DNA of 64,000 nucleotides, from the NCBI GenBank assembly GCA_965223505.1, contig CBDCWP010000021.1:128001-192000 (forward strand). Reading direction: 5' to 3'. Source of the stretch: Planctomycetota bacterium. Lineage in GTDB: Bacteria > Planctomycetota > PLA2 > JAEUHO01. Positions within the stretch are counted from its first letter, which is position 1, and every line of letters begins with the position of its first letter. Below the pieces are notes generated by a model. That model was given only the letters and a program-made list of their open reading frames with translations, made no database searches and was not told where the DNA came from. Below, piece by piece: positions 60,786 to 64,000 of the stretch. The translations under genes and the position numbers were made by a program.

Positions 60786-63700
60786 CTATTCCTTGCGCTT
60801 GACCTCGATCACGACGTCCTCGTCGCCCGCGCGGGCCCGGGCCTGACCTTGGTACGTGCCGCCCCCTTCGACGAGCCGATTGCCGCTGCTCTGGGCGCGA
60901 ATCGTCCAGGTTCCGTCCGGCACACCCTTGAGCTCGAACGTCCCGTCGGGCATCACCGCGCCCCAGATGTTGAATTCGCCCTGGATCACGACGGCGAACG
61001 TGTCCGCCTCGAGACCGGTCGGTAGCTCCAGGCGGCCCCGGATGGTCTTGCCCTTCTTCGGCGTCACGACGCGCTCGCCGCCCCCGGCCTCCAGGTCCTT
61101 CAGGAACACGTACTTGTCGTCGGGCAGGCCCGAGATGCGCAGCGTGTAGCGCTCGTCGCTCTTCAACCCCTGGAAGACGACGCGCCCGTCCTCGTCGATC
61201 TGTTTCCACAGATGCAGGCGGTTCTCGGGCGCCGTCAGCGTGGCGTGCGCCCAGCGTTCGCCGGTCCAATCCTTGATACGGATCCGGATCGCAAGCCCCG
61301 GATCGACCGTGAGCGTGACGCCGGTCGCGCCGGCGTCACCCTTGATCTCGTCCGGGTAGTCCTTGTTTACGTCGATCCACTGCGCGTCGACGCGCGCAAG
61401 CAGCCGTCCGCTGCCCTTGCGCAGCCCCTGGATGACGAACTTCCCGTCCTTGCCCGTCGGCTCGGACTGCTTGGTATCCGTGCGAACGATGTAGTAGGCG
61501 CGGGCGCCCTCGACGGGCGACCCGGAGGCGTCGCGGATCACGCCGGAGATGGTGAAGGCCTGCTCGAGCTCGATGGTCGTGTCCGCCGGCGTCCAGCCCC
61601 GAACCGCTCGCGGCAGCAACGACTTCGCCTCGACGTTGGAGACCGTGACGTCGTAGCGCGAACTGCCGTCGAGCGCCTTCAGCCGCACGATGCCGTCCGC
61701 GCCCGTGCTGTGCATGCCGCCGACGCTGTGCGGCGCGATCATGCCGTCGTTGCGGATCGAGGCCTCCTCGCTCTCCTGGTGCGACCGAATGGAGACCGAC
61801 GCTCCTTTTACGGGGTCGCCGCGGTGATCGAGCACGGTGATCGCTGCCGTCACACCGGCCTTCAACACGAAGTCGACGCGCTTCGTTCCGCCGACGGTGT
61901 CGATGGGCTCCGGCGGCTGGTACGCGTCCGGCACGCGCGCCTCGACGCGGTAGTCACTCTCGCCCACGCCTTTGAGGACATAGCGACCGTCCTTGTCGGT
62001 GGCGGCCGACGCATGAGCGTTGCCGAAGTCGATCTCGTCGCCGTGCCGCAGCATCGGCTTCGCGGAGATCCGCGCGCCCCCGACCGGCGCGCCGCTCGCA
62101 TCGCGGACGACGCCTTCGATCGTCGTGGGTGTACCCAGCTTGATCTCGAGCTCGTTCTTCGACGTGTCGAACGGTCCCGCCAACGTCGCGGCGACGTTGC
62201 TACCCGGCACCCGATAGATCTCGATGAAGATCACGGTGCCCGGGCTGACCGACCTCGAAGTCGAACGTGCCGTTCGAGAACGACGACGAGTGCGTGCCGC
62301 TCCCGTTCTGGTAGCGCTGGTGCACGACGAAGCTGCCGGACGGGACCGGGTTGCCGTCCGGGTCGACGACCTTGACGACGTAGCTGCCGGCGCCGCTCGT
62401 GACCTTCTCGAGGACGAGCTTCGCGTTGACGGTGCCGGCCGCGAGTTTCTCTTCCGCGCGCCACTTCGCACCCTGCCAGTCGAGTTCCGCGGAGACCTGG
62501 AACGTGCCCTCGGGCAGGACGTCGACCACGAAGGAGCCGTCCTCCTTCACGGACGCGCGCTCCCAGACCCAGTTGCCGCCGCGGAAGTTCACGCTCTGAA
62601 CCGTCACCTCGACGGCGTTTGCCGGCGCGCCTTCCGGCGGCAGCACCGTACCGGCCATTTCCAGGCCCTTCGCGAGTACGACGCGTCCCTCGAGGTCGCC
62701 GTCGTCGCCGCCTTCGATCTCCTGCCAGTCACGCGCCTTGACGTGACCGCCCGCCTCGATCTGCACCGCGACGCGGCCCTTCGGGAGCGGACCCGCGCGC
62801 ACGCGACCGTCCGGTCCCGTGTTGAAGACCTGGTTGATGCGCACCCAGCTCCCCTCGTCGGTCTCCCGTGTACCTGCGACGACCACGGCGCCGGCGACGG
62901 GCGCTTCCCCTTCGCTGCTGACGACCTCCAGCTCGAGCCAGCGCGCCGTCTCGAGCGTGATGTCGAGCGTGTGCTTCGAGCCGCCGGCGAGCTTGAACGC
63001 ATCCGAGCGCTTCGTCGGATGATCGACCGCACGCACGACGGAGCTGGAACGACGCGTCGGGAACGATGGAGTCGAGGACGTACTGTCCTTCGCCGTCGGT
63101 GACGGCGCTGCCGAAGCCCGCATCCTCGCCGAACCCGAACTGGCGGACGACGAGGCCGCCCTGGCTCTCTGCCACGACCGTGACGATCGCACCCGCGATC
63201 GGCTTGCCGCCCGCATCGACGCGTCCACTCACGCGGCCCGCCTCGACGACCTCGACATCGTGCTCCAGCGTCTTGCCGGCCTCGACGGTGACCACGAGCG
63301 CGCCCGCCGGCTCGTCGAGGTTTTGCATGCCGGGCGAGGCGAAGCCCTTGCCCAACGCGAAGACGGTCGCGGTGCCGGACAACGGGTTGACGTCGGTCAA
63401 CTCGAAATTGCCGTCCGCGTCGGCCGTCGTCGCCGAGACGGTCGCGAATCCGCCACGGCCCATGTCGGCCGGCACCGCCATGACGGCGATACCGCCCACG
63501 GGCGCACCCGCCTTGGTGAGCACGCGCCCCTTGATGTGCGCGACCGGCGTCATGGTGACGACGACCTCGTCCTCCGAGCCGCTGCGAAGCTGAACGGGGG
63601 GCGCGACGTAGCCGTCGGCGCGCACGAACATGCCGCCGTTCCCGGCGCCGACCGCCAGGGAGAAGCGGCCGTCGGGACCCGTCGTGGCGCTTCGGATCGT

Positions 63701-64000
63701 GAGGCCGCTGCGCGGGTCGCCGCGGCCGCCGATCACCATCGCCCCCTCGATCGGCTCGGCCGTGTCCTGGGCGATCACCTTGCCGTGGATCGTCCCGCCC
63801 GCGGCGCCGATCGTGAGCGTGTACTCGCCGTCGTAGGGCAGACGCACCGGCGCGCCCATCGCGCGCAGCTCGCCCGGCTGGAACGCGGAGATGATGACGT
63901 CGCCGGCCATCAGCCCGGCGACCTCGAAGCGTCCGTCGGCGTCGACCGGCGCCGTCGCGCCCGTCGCGACCATGAACGGACCCGAGGATTGCGCCGCGGG
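60786..64000 (-). pseudogene. Large carboxypeptidase-regulatory-like repeat protein split by two single-base frameshifts (5' end outside window)
   Basis: Three overlapping ORFs each carry I.G.V.D..G.PV.GA...TD..G.F repeats; removing one base near 63040 and one near 62241 joins them. May be sequencing error. Confidence 0.75.

Overview
High-GC bacterial chromosomal window with about 50 genes and no rRNA, tRNA, CRISPR array or recognisable mobile element. The gene content (Hanks-type kinases, ECF sigma/anti-sigma pairs, carboxypeptidase-regulatory-like and prenyltransferase-repeat proteins) suggests a Planctomycetota-like organism; this is inference only. The left half has signalling and housekeeping genes: a kinase fragment, a HEAT/TPR protein, a pair of Zn-dependent dehydrogenases, ettA, an ECF sigma with an unusual 765-aa anti-sigma, a di-heme peroxidase, a Rieske oxygenase, an HD-GYP-like module, frdABCD and a CHRD/Ig lipoprotein. 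The most striking region is about 40.9-58.2 kb. There a tungsten/molybdopterin locus (moeA-PBP fusion, mobA, moaD ... AOR, FdhF-type formate dehydrogenase, tupABC) encloses two PilN/PilO-like paralogs and a four-gene porin-multiheme cytochrome operon. That operon encodes an 8-heme lipoprotein, a 4-heme c554-like protein, a beta-barrel and a 13-heme lipoprotein, and is a candidate extracellular electron-transfer conduit. hemH lies just downstream. A large beta-sandwich-repeat gene at the right edge carries two single-base frameshifts. All calls come from motif recognition by eye; no database searches were run.
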